From an uncultured Cytophagia bacterium (GTDB taxonomy: Bacteria; Zhuqueibacterota; Zhuqueibacteria; Residuimicrobiales; Residuimicrobiaceae): a DNA stretch of 64,000 nucleotides. The stretch spans positions 100,759 to 164,758 of the forward strand of contig CAYLWO010000003.1 in the NCBI GenBank assembly GCA_964387285.1. Direction: 5' to 3'. Positions 21,537 through 31,228 of this stretch are shown piece after piece. A model generated the notes under the pieces. The model made no database searches. It saw only the letters and a list, made by a program, of their open reading frames with translations, and was not told where the DNA came from. How positions within the stretch are numbered: position 1 is the first letter of the stretch; each line of letters opens with the position of its first letter. The position numbers and the translations under genes are program-made.

Positions 21537-24518
21537 ATGAATTTAAAATCAAGTCGTGGTATTTCTGTTTTTATGCTGATCGGATTATCGGCAATGGACG
21601 TCCGTCTACACGCAAAAACGCCCGATGCTCTGGAAGAACGATTTTTGAATCCTCCTGCCATGGTCAAACCCTATGTCTGGTGGCACTGGATGGGTTCCAA
21701 CTTTTCCCAGCAAGGCATTACCAAAGATCTGGAAGCCATGAAGGCTGCCGGTATTGGCGGTGCGACTATTTTCAATCTGAGTTCGGCTGTGCAGGAATCG
21801 CACGCTCCCACGCTGAATAATCCCTGGCCTGAGCAAACCTATCGCAGTCCTGCTTATTGGCAAGCCATGAAACACGCCGTGGCTGAGGCTGCACGGCTGG
21901 GACTTGAAATCGGTCTTCATAACACCGTAGGCTATTCGACAACCGGCGGTCCGTGGATCGACGAAGAGCGCAGTATGCAGCACCTTGTTTGGAGCGATAC
22001 TACTGTAACAGGCGGTCATGAGATTGCGCTGGAATTAAAAAGGCCGGTGCTGATTGCTGACGAAGGTTGGGGAAAGACCGGGCGACAACTTTACTTGTAC
22101 AAAGATGTTGTCGTGCTGGCTGTACCTGCCGGAGAAAAAAAGATAGCGACAAATCAGGTTCGGAACATTACCACACGGTTTGATCCTGTACATGGCTTAA
22201 AGTGGAATGCTCCGCCAGGGAAATGGACTATTTACCGAATGGGACATGCTTCAACAGGCAGACCGCCGCATCCGGTTCCGGATGATCTATTGGGCCAGGT
22301 GTTGGAAGCGGACAAGATGAGCGTCAAGCAAACAACGTTTCATTGGGATCAGGTGCTTGATCCGTTGCAAGCCTATCTTGGCCCCTACCTGGGCAACTCC
22401 TTCAAACACATTTTGATTGACAGTTATGAAGCCGGTGATCAGAATTGGACGCCGGATTTTCGCGAGCAGTTTATCAAGCGCAAAGGCTATGATCCGATTC
22501 CCTGGCTGGTTTCTTTTTGCTTAACGGTCGGCGCCGGCAAAGAGCAGGATCGCCGGATATTGAATGATGCTGAGCAGTCCAGGCGTTTTGATTGGGATTA
22601 TTCTGATGTGATCGCGCAACTGTTTTTTGATAATGGCTGGAAAATCGGCAAAACAAAAGTGGCCCAGGCTGGTTTGTCGCTGCAGTTTGAGCCTTATGGC
22701 GGTCCCTTTGATACGGCGCAAGGCGTTTCCCTGGCTGATTTGCCCATGGCAGAATTCTGGACCGCCGGCGTCGGCGATGTATATCCGGTTGTACCGGCAG
22801 CGGCGAGAGCAAATGGGAAAACTGTTGTCGGCGCAGAAGCGTTTACCGGCCGGCCGGAGAAAAGTCAATACACTGAAGATCCTGCTTTTCTCAAACCATC
22901 AGCTGATAAGGCGTTTGCCGCCGGCATCAACCGCTTGATTCTGCACCATTGGGTGCATCAGCCCTTTGATGATCGCTATCAACCGTGCATGGGCATGGGC
23001 TGGTGGGGAACGCACTTTGGCCGCAATCAGACCTGGCTGAAACCGGCCAAGGCTTTCTTTACCTATTTGGCTCGTTGTCAGGCCTTGCTGCAATACGGCG
23101 AGCAGGCGGCTGATTATCTCTGCGTGGACCGGTTGCAAGGTTTTGCAGATTTAATTTCTACCAGAGATTTTTTAGAATATCAATTTAAAGTTGAAAAGGG
23201 AAAAATCGTTTTACCGAGTGGTCGCAGGTACTGTTTTGCGGCATTCAGCGACAGCGTCATGCTGCCGCAAACGGCGGAAAAAATCAAAGACCTGGTGTCA
23301 CAAGGCGCCATGATTGTTTCACCCAAACCAGTGAAATCACCCAGTCTGCAGGATTATCCGCGCTGCGATGCCAGGGTGCGCAAAACAGCTGCACAGGTCT
23401 GGGGTGAGCATGGACAAAACAGTTTTGGCAAGGGCTTTATATTCACAAAGCTCGATGATGCGGTCCGTAAAAGTGAAATCGCGCCTGATTTTTTTATTGA
23501 ACAGGCAGATTCTCCCGACGATATAAAGATGGTCCACCGCCATGCTGCGGACGCCGACATTTATTTTGTCCTCAATCAGTCCGCACAATTTCAACATCTG
23601 GTGGTTTCTTTTCGTATGTCCGGAAAACAGCCCGAACTATGGCACGCTGAAGACGGCAGCATAATCCCGGCGCCGGTGTGGCGCGAAAATAAAGGCCGGA
23701 CATCGGTCGATTTGACGTTGCATGCCGGCCAGACCATATTTGTGATTTTCTGCAAGCCCGCTTTACCTGTAGACCATCCGGTGCAGCTTGCGGTTATAGA
23801 TGCGGCCTCGTGTTGGCATATGGGCAACGACAAAACGGGACAGGCTTATTTATCCTCTGCCGACTCTTTTTCTGCTAAAGTGGATTATGCATCCGGTAAA
23901 AGTAAAACAGTCGCATTAACGCCAACGGCCCCCATTGAAATATCCGGTCCCTGGCAGGTTGCTTTTACACCACAAGTCGGTCAACGGTTTGAGATCGGTT
24001 TTCCCGTATTGATCGATTTTAGCACGCATGCCGACAAGGCGGTAAACTATTTCGCCGGGACAGCTGTATTTCTTAAAAAAATTTCTATCAAAGCTAGCAT
24101 GCTGAATAAAGACCGGCGCTGGCGTCTGGACTTGGGTGAAATGAACGATATCGCTGAGGTGGTTGTCAATGGAACAAGCCTCGGCGTGCTGTGGTATCCA
24201 CCCTATGCGATCGATGTCACGGCGGCAGTCCAGCCTGGTGAAAATGAAATTAAAATTATTGTGACCACCAACTGGGCAAACAGATTAATCGGCGATGAAC
24301 AGGAACCGGCAGATTTCGCATGGGGCCAGGACCGGGGCGAAAGCATGGGCCGGGCCATGTTGTCCTATCCTGATTGGTTTTTAAAAAATCTGCCTCGACC
24401 CTCGCAGGGCAGAAAAACATTTTCTATCTGGTATTATTATCGTCCAACGAGTCCGTTACAGCCTGCGGGATTGGTGGGGCCGGTGCGGCTGGTTTGTGAA
24501 GCTAGGAGCGATCTTTAG
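21537..24518 (+). CDS. Large secreted glycoside hydrolase, GH106-like (putative alpha-L-rhamnosidase-type) with a C-terminal galactose-binding-like domain.
   Basis: Signal peptide MNLKSSRGISVFMLIGLSA. C-terminal block LDLGEMNDIAEVVVNGTSLGVLWYPPYAIDVTAAVQPGENEIKIIVTTNWANRLIGDE is typical of the jelly-roll domain of GH106/GH2-associated enzymes. Family assignment is tentative. Confidence 0.4.
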   Translation: MNLKSSRGISVFMLIGLSAMDVRLHAKTPDALEERFLNPPAMVKPYVWWHWMGSNFSQQGITKDLEAMKAAGIGGATIFNLSSAVQESHAPTLNNPWPEQTYRSPAYWQAMKHAVAEAARLGLEIGLHNTVGYSTTGGPWIDEERSMQHLVWSDTTVTGGHEIALELKRPVLIADEGWGKTGRQLYLYKDVVVLAVPAGEKKIATNQVRNITTRFDPVHGLKWNAPPGKWTIYRMGHASTGRPPHPVPDDLLGQVLEADKMSVKQTTFHWDQVLDPLQAYLGPYLGNSFKHILIDSYEAGDQNWTPDFREQFIKRKGYDPIPWLVSFCLTVGAGKEQDRRILNDAEQSRRFDWDYSDVIAQLFFDNGWKIGKTKVAQAGLSLQFEPYGGPFDTAQGVSLADLPMAEFWTAGVGDVYPVVPAAARANGKTVVGAEAFTGRPEKSQYTEDPAFLKPSADKAFAAGINRLILHHWVHQPFDDRYQPCMGMGWWGTHFGRNQTWLKPAKAFFTYLARCQALLQYGEQAADYLCVDRLQGFADLISTRDFLEYQFKVEKGKIVLPSGRRYCFAAFSDSVMLPQTAEKIKDLVSQGAMIVSPKPVKSPSLQDYPRCDARVRKTAAQVWGEHGQNSFGKGFIFTKLDDAVRKSEIAPDFFIEQADSPDDIKMVHRHAADADIYFVLNQSAQFQHLVVSFRMSGKQPELWHAEDGSIIPAPVWRENKGRTSVDLTLHAGQTIFVIFCKPALPVDHPVQLAVIDAASCWHMGNDKTGQAYLSSADSFSAKVDYASGKSKTVALTPTAPIEISGPWQVAFTPQVGQRFEIGFPVLIDFSTHADKAVNYFAGTAVFLKKISIKASMLNKDRRWRLDLGEMNDIAEVVVNGTSLGVLWYPPYAIDVTAAVQPGENEIKIIVTTNWANRLIGDEQEPADFAWGQDRGESMGRAMLSYPDWFLKNLPRPSQGRKTFSIWYYYRPTSPLQPAGLVGPVRLVCEARSDL

Positions 24519-24754
24519 CATCCAGACCGAGGCTGTCCCAGAAGGATATTGTTTCAAACAAAGAGATCGCCCGGCATTTATCTGCGCCGCTGGGTATTGC
24601 AGCGGAATATTTATCCCGTAATCTGCGCAAGCGAGCGGAACCAAGCGGCTGTCGCTGACGCCGTTGGGACGAATGTCCCAATCCAATTGACGCACCGGAG
24701 GAATCTCCGGTGCGATCTTGGGTCTTCAAGACCTGTGAGGTCTGGGAGATCGAT

Positions 24755-25540
24755 CTAGACACCCAACCGTTTATAAGAAGCATAAAACAGATAGCGACCA
24801 AGCAGCTCGCTGCTTAGAACCGCCAAGCCGATGAGATAGATCAGCACTTGATTACGATGTGCTAAAATTGAAATGACCAATAGAGTCATGGCCATTGCCA
24901 AAAAGAAAAGGCGCATCCAGGTAAAAATGGCAAACCGGTTAAATTCAGAGCCCCCGTTAGCCCGACCATAGCCTGTTCGAAAAATCCATCCGCTCCACTG
25001 TACCAGGGTCAGAACAAAAAGCAGCAGTGATGCTTGTGTAGAGCTGTTAGCCAGTAACATATGCGGCAAGCATCCCAGCATCAAGGTCGTGAGAAAAAAC
25101 GAAATCACCGTATAGCCGGAATTCCACGGCGGCACGGTCCTGAGCAAATAAATTCTGGCCATGGAAAAAACACAGACAATCCCGCACAGCACTGAAGCGA
25201 GCCAGAACAGCTGCACGTAAAATCCGGCAACTGCCGAAAGACGGAGCAGGGACCAGATGAGTGTGAAAAAGGAAAACAACAGCAGGAACATGATCTCCCG
25301 GCTTAACCAGGATGTCCTGATATTGCAAATGGAATGATAAGCCTTGACTGGATTCCCCAGATGAAAAAAAGAGAGCAATATTCCGCTGAACAATAGAACG
25401 GCAATCAATGCGGTCAATATTAAAACAAGCGGATGATTGCCAACCAGAGTACTCCGGGATAACGGAAACAACAGCACAGTCCCGACAGCAGCCTGGCAGC
25501 AGAGTGTAAAAAGGATCAATGACCACTCTGGCTTTTTCAT
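24755..25540 (-). CDS. DMSO-reductase-family membrane anchor subunit (DmsC-like).
   Basis: Polytopic membrane protein. Start overlaps the stop of the upstream ferredoxin subunit. Third gene of an A-B-C operon. Confidence 0.6.
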   Translation of the reverse strand: MKKPEWSLILFTLCCQAAVGTVLLFPLSRSTLVGNHPLVLILTALIAVLLFSGILLSFFHLGNPVKAYHSICNIRTSWLSREIMFLLLFSFFTLIWSLLRLSAVAGFYVQLFWLASVLCGIVCVFSMARIYLLRTVPPWNSGYTVISFFLTTLMLGCLPHMLLANSSTQASLLLFVLTLVQWSGWIFRTGYGRANGGSEFNRFAIFTWMRLFFLAMAMTLLVISILAHRNQVLIYLIGLAVLSSELLGRYLFYASYKRLGV

Positions 25541-26154
25541 CAGACTTCCTCGCGGTTATTGATGATAGCCTGATCATTCTCTGCTTTGCAGGCGTTGCGA
25601 TGCGGTGTGATCACAATGGACGGATCGGTTAAGTGGCTTTGCGGCAGGGGGAAAATCGTATTGACGCCCTGATAACGCTGTTCCAATTCCACGCGTTCGC
25701 CAAAGGCAAGCACCCGCATGGGACAGGCAGCCACGCAGGCCGGCTCCTTGCCCGACTGCAGCTCGTCGATGCAAAAGGTGCATTTGCTCATGACCCCTGC
25801 CGCTGCGTCGAATCGGGGCGCGCCATGGGGACAGGCCCATTCGCAGTATCGGCAACCGACGCATTTTGTTGCATCCACCAGCACGATGCCCATGTCGGTT
25901 TTGTGCATGGCGCCGGTCGGACAGGTTTGCACACAGATCGGGTCGCTGCAGTGATGGCAGGCCATGGACATATAATAGCTGCGAACAGAGTGTCGCCAGG
26001 CTTTGCCTTCCTGAATCCACCGGCCGCCGCTTACCTCATAGACCCGGCGCCATAAAATTCCGACTGCCAGGCCATGTTTGTCTTTGCAGGCGATCTGGCA
26101 GGTTTTACAACCGCTGCAGCGATTGGCGTCGTAATAAAAGGCGATCTGTTTCAC
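25540..26154 (-). CDS. DMSO-reductase-family 4Fe-4S ferredoxin subunit (DmsB-like).
   Basis: Multiple CxxCxxCxxxCP clusters (CSGCKTCQIACKD, CHHCSDPICVQTCP, CVGCRYCEWACP). Probable GTG start VKQIAFYYD overlapping the DmsA stop. Confidence 0.75.
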   Translation of the reverse strand: MKQIAFYYDANRCSGCKTCQIACKDKHGLAVGILWRRVYEVSGGRWIQEGKAWRHSVRSYYMSMACHHCSDPICVQTCPTGAMHKTDMGIVLVDATKCVGCRYCEWACPHGAPRFDAAAGVMSKCTFCIDELQSGKEPACVAACPMRVLAFGERVELEQRYQGVNTIFPLPQSHLTDPSIVITPHRNACKAENDQAIINNREEV

Positions 26155-28445
26155 GCTTTCACCACCTCCACCATGATCGTATGTTGCGCATTGCCGAAAG
26201 CCAGCGGCGTCCATTTCTCCGATGTCAAGACATTGATATTGCCGCGGCGATCAAGCCCGTTTTCATCCGGGCTCCACCAGGCGCCTTGCGGAATATCGAT
26301 GACTCCGGGCATGATCTTTAACGTGACACGGCAGGGTATCATTAATGCGCCGCGGTCGTTAAATACTTTGACCAGGTCGCCGTCATGTATGCCGCGAGCC
26401 TCGGCATCCAGGGGATTGAGAAACACTCTTTGCGGAAATGCTTCGTTAGCCCAATCGTTGTTGTCGTGAATGGAATGTACCCGGCCCATAGTGTGATGAC
26501 CAATGGCCTGCAATGGATAGACAGCTGCTTCCGGCCCGAAAGGGCTTTCCCATTCCTGAATATATTTGGCTACTGCCGGAACCCATTGCGGATTGTTCAT
26601 ATCCTGCAGGGTCTTGGAAAAAAGTTCGATCTTGCCCGAAGGGGTATTGAGTGGAAATTTAACCGGATCACGCCTAAAGTCGGCAAAGGCGATTTCGGCT
26701 TCGGTTACCGGTGTTGTGTAAACGCCGACATTGCCATCAATCAGGGTTTGCAGGTCGGGTAAATTCGGAAAGCCGTCACGCCGATATTGCGTCAGCGACC
26801 ACTCGACCCAGCTTTTTTCGTCTCTGCCTTCAGAGTATTGCGCGCCCACGCCCAGACGGTCGGCCAACTCGCAACAGATTTGATAATCCGATTTTGTTTC
26901 ACCGAGTGGTTTTACGACCGGCGGCGCCAGTATCACCTCCTGGCCGTATTTCCAGCCGTCCTGCAGTCCCCACATTTCAAACTGCGTGCAAACAGGCAAA
27001 ACCATATCTGCAAACCGCGCGGTCGGCGTCAGGAACTGTTCATGGACGACAAAAAACTCGACCCGGGATTCGTCGCGCATGATCTCAGCCGTGCGGTTGA
27101 CATTGGCATGTTGATTAATGATGGCGTTGGAAGCCACTGCGTAAATCAGTTTGATATCGTTGGCCAATTTTTCAGCGCCAAGCACGCCGTCGCGCGCAGT
27201 CATTTCTTTACCGCGCAGCACCGCTTCGGTCCATAAAAAAGTAGGGATTTTTTCCTTAATCGGATTTTCACCCTGAGGAAATACCAGCCAGCGTGGACCG
27301 CCGCGGTCCGGCTGGCGGGCAATGCCGCCGGCAAAACCGCCGCTGATGCCGACATTGCCGGTTATGGCGGCCAGCGTGCAGCCGGCCAGGACCGCGGACT
27401 CGCCAAAAGCCCGGCGCTGCATGCCGTAGCCCTGATACAACATGGCCGGTTTGGTGAGTGCATATTCCCTGGCCAGACGCACGATGGTTTCTTGTGGGAC
27501 GGTTGTAATCTCTTCCGCCCAGGCCGGCGTTTTGGCAATGCCGTCGCGAAGGCCAAAAATATAATCCGAATAGCTTTCCGCTGTTTCAGCGCCGGCCGGC
27601 ATCTGCGATGCGTCAAAACCGATGCAGTATTTTTTGATAAAGGCAGCGTCGTATAATTTTTCGGATATCATGACATGCGCCATGGCGCTCATCAAGGCCG
27701 CGTCGGTGCCGGGCCGGATGGGAATCCATTCGTCAGCCAGCGCCACCGCACTCATGCTCATGCGCGGATCGATGCAGACGATTTTGGCGCCGTTCTCTTT
27801 GGCTTTTTTCAAAAAATATTCGCTGTTGGTGCCGTCGCGCATTTCACAGGGATTCCAGCTCCACATGAGTATATATTTGGCATGCACCCAATCCTGTCGC
27901 TGGTTTCCTGTATACTCGGTGCCATATACATACGGCGTAGCCTTGGAAATGGCTGCCCAGCTATAACTGTTGTAATAGCCCAGAAAACCGCCGATCAGAT
28001 TGAAAAGTCGCACCGCTGTTTGTCGGCCATTGGTCTGATTATAGCTACCGGTTCCATAGGGCACATAGATGGCGCTGTTGCCGTACTCACGGATGATTCT
28101 TTTTATTTCAAAGGCAATCTCATCCAGGGCTTCCGGCCAGGAAATCCGTGCAAATCCGGCCTCGCCCCGACGGCCGATGCGTTTCATGGGATGCTGCAAG
28201 CGATCCGGATGGTGTTGACGCCGGGCATAGGAACGGCCGCGCATGCAGGCGCGCAGCTGAGGATCGTCGATCCCGTCGTAAGGCCGGTCGTCGGTTTCAA
28301 TGCGAATGATTTTATCGTCCTGGACATGCACTTTGAGCAGACATCGTCCACCGCAATTATGCGCCGGGCACCCGGTGCGCACCATTTTTATTTCAGAGGC
28401 GCTGCTCGTCGGTTTACGTGTTGATTTTTTTGCAAAGAAAGGCAA
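26151..28445 (-). CDS. Molybdopterin (bis-MGD) oxidoreductase catalytic subunit, DmsA-like. No recognisable Tat signal.
   Basis: N-terminus ...GCPAHNCGGRCLLKVHVQDDKIIRIETDD...LRACMRGRS aligns with the mature N-terminus of E. coli DmsA (CTVNCGSRCPLRMHVVDGEIKYVETDN...VRACLRGRS). Only about 24 residues precede the first Cys and there is no RR motif. Confidence 0.8.
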   Translation of the reverse strand: MPFFAKKSTRKPTSSASEIKMVRTGCPAHNCGGRCLLKVHVQDDKIIRIETDDRPYDGIDDPQLRACMRGRSYARRQHHPDRLQHPMKRIGRRGEAGFARISWPEALDEIAFEIKRIIREYGNSAIYVPYGTGSYNQTNGRQTAVRLFNLIGGFLGYYNSYSWAAISKATPYVYGTEYTGNQRQDWVHAKYILMWSWNPCEMRDGTNSEYFLKKAKENGAKIVCIDPRMSMSAVALADEWIPIRPGTDAALMSAMAHVMISEKLYDAAFIKKYCIGFDASQMPAGAETAESYSDYIFGLRDGIAKTPAWAEEITTVPQETIVRLAREYALTKPAMLYQGYGMQRRAFGESAVLAGCTLAAITGNVGISGGFAGGIARQPDRGGPRWLVFPQGENPIKEKIPTFLWTEAVLRGKEMTARDGVLGAEKLANDIKLIYAVASNAIINQHANVNRTAEIMRDESRVEFFVVHEQFLTPTARFADMVLPVCTQFEMWGLQDGWKYGQEVILAPPVVKPLGETKSDYQICCELADRLGVGAQYSEGRDEKSWVEWSLTQYRRDGFPNLPDLQTLIDGNVGVYTTPVTEAEIAFADFRRDPVKFPLNTPSGKIELFSKTLQDMNNPQWVPAVAKYIQEWESPFGPEAAVYPLQAIGHHTMGRVHSIHDNNDWANEAFPQRVFLNPLDAEARGIHDGDLVKVFNDRGALMIPCRVTLKIMPGVIDIPQGAWWSPDENGLDRRGNINVLTSEKWTPLAFGNAQHTIMVEVVKA

Positions 28446-28716
28446 GGATATTTTTAAACCTTAATGCTTAACAACGTGATTCATTGCCAGGTTCAATTAT
28501 ATTTTCTGGGCTTTGCTTCGACTCTTGCAAAGGGATCGTAGCCATGCATGCGGCCGATGCCGCTCACTGTTGGGGTCGTTATTCTCAAAATGTCTTTTTG
28601 TCTCGTCTAAAAAATTTGGACGAGACCAGGGTTCGGCCATGCCAAGACCTGCAGTAACTCCTGGCCTCGGAATTTCAGATAGCAGATGATCATTCTCCCG
28701 GCACTGGTCCAAAAGG

Positions 28717-29535
28717 TCACAGTTGGAGATAATACCCATCCATTAAAAGCTGCAAGAACCATTCACTGGGATCCGCGTCATCCTTTTTAATGTGCCAGTG
28801 AATCTGCTGGTCGCCGTTCAAGGCGACAATTGTATTGGCAAGCGTGCTTCCTTCTCCTGTATAATTGCCGAGACCGTCATCGCCAATATCCAAATAGCAT
28901 GTTTGATTGTCGACTGTGTTCCAATTCGCCGGATCAGTGGAGAGATATAACCGTATGACCGGAGAACCTGACTGTGATGTCAACCGGGCATACAAAATCG
29001 CTCTAATCTGAATATGAGTGGCATTTGACGGCAACGAGTGACCGATCAACGTTTCTATATCCAAAGTCGCCCCCTCATCGGCACTGGTGGATAACGTCGT
29101 CACATTGCGAAGCGTCGCTGAAAACGGGACGAAAACAAGGGAACCGGGAATAGGGAGAGGAATGCGTACGGTGTTGCCTCTGGCAATCGACAAGAGAGCG
29201 CCGGGTTGCCCGTCTCGATTCAATGAAAGGGTCTGGTTGTCCGTGTCAATGAATTGGGGCTGCGTGCTCAAATTGCCCACAGCGTCGGCGATTAGCATCT
29301 GTTGATGACCGTTTGCCAGGTCGGAAATGCGCACATTGCCGGCCACGTCTAAACTGGCTTGCGGTAAGGTCGTTCCGATGCCCAACCTGCCGTCATTGGT
29401 CATGCGGACGGTTTCGCTTTGTGAATTGAGAATTACTAATTGCGCGAAAGACGGACGAAAAGTCATCAGGCAACTTAACGCCAGACCATAATAAAGGGAT
29501 GAGATTCTCAAATATCGATTTGTATAAAGTACCAT
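28717..29535 (-). CDS. Small secreted protein, paralog 1 of 3 (tail-fibre-like N-terminal motif family).
   Basis: Signal peptide. Conserved G-LGIGTT-PQA-LDV-GN-RI block and a DNQTLSL...GNTV block shared with the next two genes. Confidence 0.5.
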   Translation of the reverse strand: MVLYTNRYLRISSLYYGLALSCLMTFRPSFAQLVILNSQSETVRMTNDGRLGIGTTLPQASLDVAGNVRISDLANGHQQMLIADAVGNLSTQPQFIDTDNQTLSLNRDGQPGALLSIARGNTVRIPLPIPGSLVFVPFSATLRNVTTLSTSADEGATLDIETLIGHSLPSNATHIQIRAILYARLTSQSGSPVIRLYLSTDPANWNTVDNQTCYLDIGDDGLGNYTGEGSTLANTIVALNGDQQIHWHIKKDDADPSEWFLQLLMDGYYLQL

Positions 29536-29601
29536 CTCAAACTCCTGGTTGTTTCAATATGAATTTTGAACAGTTTGCTGTTCATGAAAAAGTTGACATA
29601 T

Positions 29602-30396
29602 CTAATACGCGACAAAATAACCTTCCAGATATACGTCCATCCTCAGGAAAAAATTATGACCCATTGTGTTGTCGACATTGTCAGATTCTACCGAGTATTG
29701 AAATTCATAGTTGGCCGCGGATTCGAGAACGACGGTAGCTGTTTGTGAATTCTCCCAGCAATCGCTATCATAAACCTGATGGCCGGCATCGATGTATAAC
29801 ACGCGTGTATCATCGGTAAATGAGCCGGAACGATCGATCCAGACATTTAAGATGGGATTATCGTATGTAAGTTTCCTTACATGAGCGTTAATACGAAGCA
29901 TGAGATGCTGGGTGTTGTCGGGAAAGTTGAATCCAGGTATTTTTTCCTGCAACCAGGTCAGCACATTGAATGTGCCTTGCTTTTTGTTGATGGCGTAAAG
30001 TTGTCCAAGATATCGACGAAGTGGAAAAAAAGCTCTGGCTCCTGTTGGTGCTGTGGGCAGCACGACGGTGTTTCCGTTGGAAATGCTTAGATTTTGTCCG
30101 TTTATGGATAATGTCTGTTGATCCGTATCGACGGGAATGGTCTCAACAGACAACAGTCCATTGGTCTCAACCGTTACCATGCGCTGCGGCGATGAACTCA
30201 GGCTGGAGATGCGCGCATTGCCATTCACATCCAATTGCGCATTTGGTTGCGTGGTGGCCAATCCCAGTCGGCCTTGCTCCGAGATGCGGACAATCTCGGC
30301 GCCCGAACCATTCCAAATTCGAATCTGCGCAATGCCGGCAACAACCGCACCGAGGAGCAGAATAATATTGATTGTTTGTTTTAGTAGGTTCAGCAT
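29602..30396 (-). CDS. Small secreted protein, paralog 2 of 3.
   Basis: GRLGLATTQPNAQLDVNGNARIS and DQQTLSINGQNLSISNGNTVVLP. C-terminus LEGYFVAY. Confidence 0.5.
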   Translation of the reverse strand: MLNLLKQTINIILLLGAVVAGIAQIRIWNGSGAEIVRISEQGRLGLATTQPNAQLDVNGNARISSLSSSPQRMVTVETNGLLSVETIPVDTDQQTLSINGQNLSISNGNTVVLPTAPTGARAFFPLRRYLGQLYAINKKQGTFNVLTWLQEKIPGFNFPDNTQHLMLRINAHVRKLTYDNPILNVWIDRSGSFTDDTRVLYIDAGHQVYDSDCWENSQTATVVLESAANYEFQYSVESDNVDNTMGHNFFLRMDVYLEGYFVAY

Positions 30397-30421
30397 GTTG
30401 ATACCCCTAAGTAGATTTCAC

Positions 30422-31228
30422 TCAGTTTAATTGTTTGTAATAGCCATCGATGTACACCATGGCAAAATACTTGCACGCCGCGTTGCCGGAACCCGACTTG
30501 CGAAATGAAAAGTTGAGGGTCTTGCTGTCTCCCAAAGCGATGATCTTGGAACAGCTGGTGTCTTTTTCCGGCGTCCTGAGATTATGGACGCCGTCTGCCG
30601 GATAACCATAATCAACATAAGCGATCATTTTTTCCAGAGAGATGGCGACATCCGGAGCGGTCATGACGTACAGCTGAAAATTGGGATTTGCCGCGCCTGT
30701 CGCGTCACCGTCAGCGATTACGCGCAACAGGATATGACTGGCATCAGCAGGGAGCAGCGCTCCCAAGATGTCACCTACATTAACGGAAAAATTAAAAGGA
30801 GTTGTATCCCTGGTTTCCGATTGATAGAGAAATTTACGCAACGGGTAAAATAGCAAAGCCGGTGCTGAGGGCATGCCCAGGCTCACTTCATTCCCGTCGG
30901 TAATACCGAGCATGTAGCCCAGATTGACGTCCGAACGAAGGTAGAGAGTCTGGTCGTCTGTATTTTGTGGAATGGCCATGGCCGACAATTCACCATTGGC
31001 ATCGGCGATCACCATTCTTTTTGCACCGCCCAGCAGATTCTGTACACGCATGGTGCCGACCACATCAAGACGCGCTTGCGGGTTTGTGGTCCCCAGTCCC
31101 AGAGAACCTGAGGAGGTGATCACTCCCAAGTTGCTTGCTCCTTCCTTGAACAATATTTGGGCAAAGAGATATTGAGTTACCAGCAACTTGAGCAAGAGAA
31201 TCAATATCAAGTTTTTCATTTTTAACAT
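30422..31228 (-). CDS. Small secreted protein, paralog 3 of 3.
   Basis: GSLGLGTTNPQARLDVVGTMRVQ and DDQTLYLRSDVNLGYMLGITDGNEVSLG. C-terminus IDGYYKQLN. Confidence 0.5.
   Translation of the reverse strand: MLKMKNLILILLLKLLVTQYLFAQILFKEGASNLGVITSSGSLGLGTTNPQARLDVVGTMRVQNLLGGAKRMVIADANGELSAMAIPQNTDDQTLYLRSDVNLGYMLGITDGNEVSLGMPSAPALLFYPLRKFLYQSETRDTTPFNFSVNVGDILGALLPADASHILLRVIADGDATGAANPNFQLYVMTAPDVAISLEKMIAYVDYGYPADGVHNLRTPEKDTSCSKIIALGDSKTLNFSFRKSGSGNAACKYFAMVYIDGYYKQLN

Noticed and set aside
28446-28716. FNR/CRP-type box upstream of the dms-like operon.
   Set aside because: No TTGAT-N4-ATCAA-like palindrome is present in the 270-nt upstream region. The 80-aa ORF there (28497..28739-) has no features and overlaps the neighbouring gene end.
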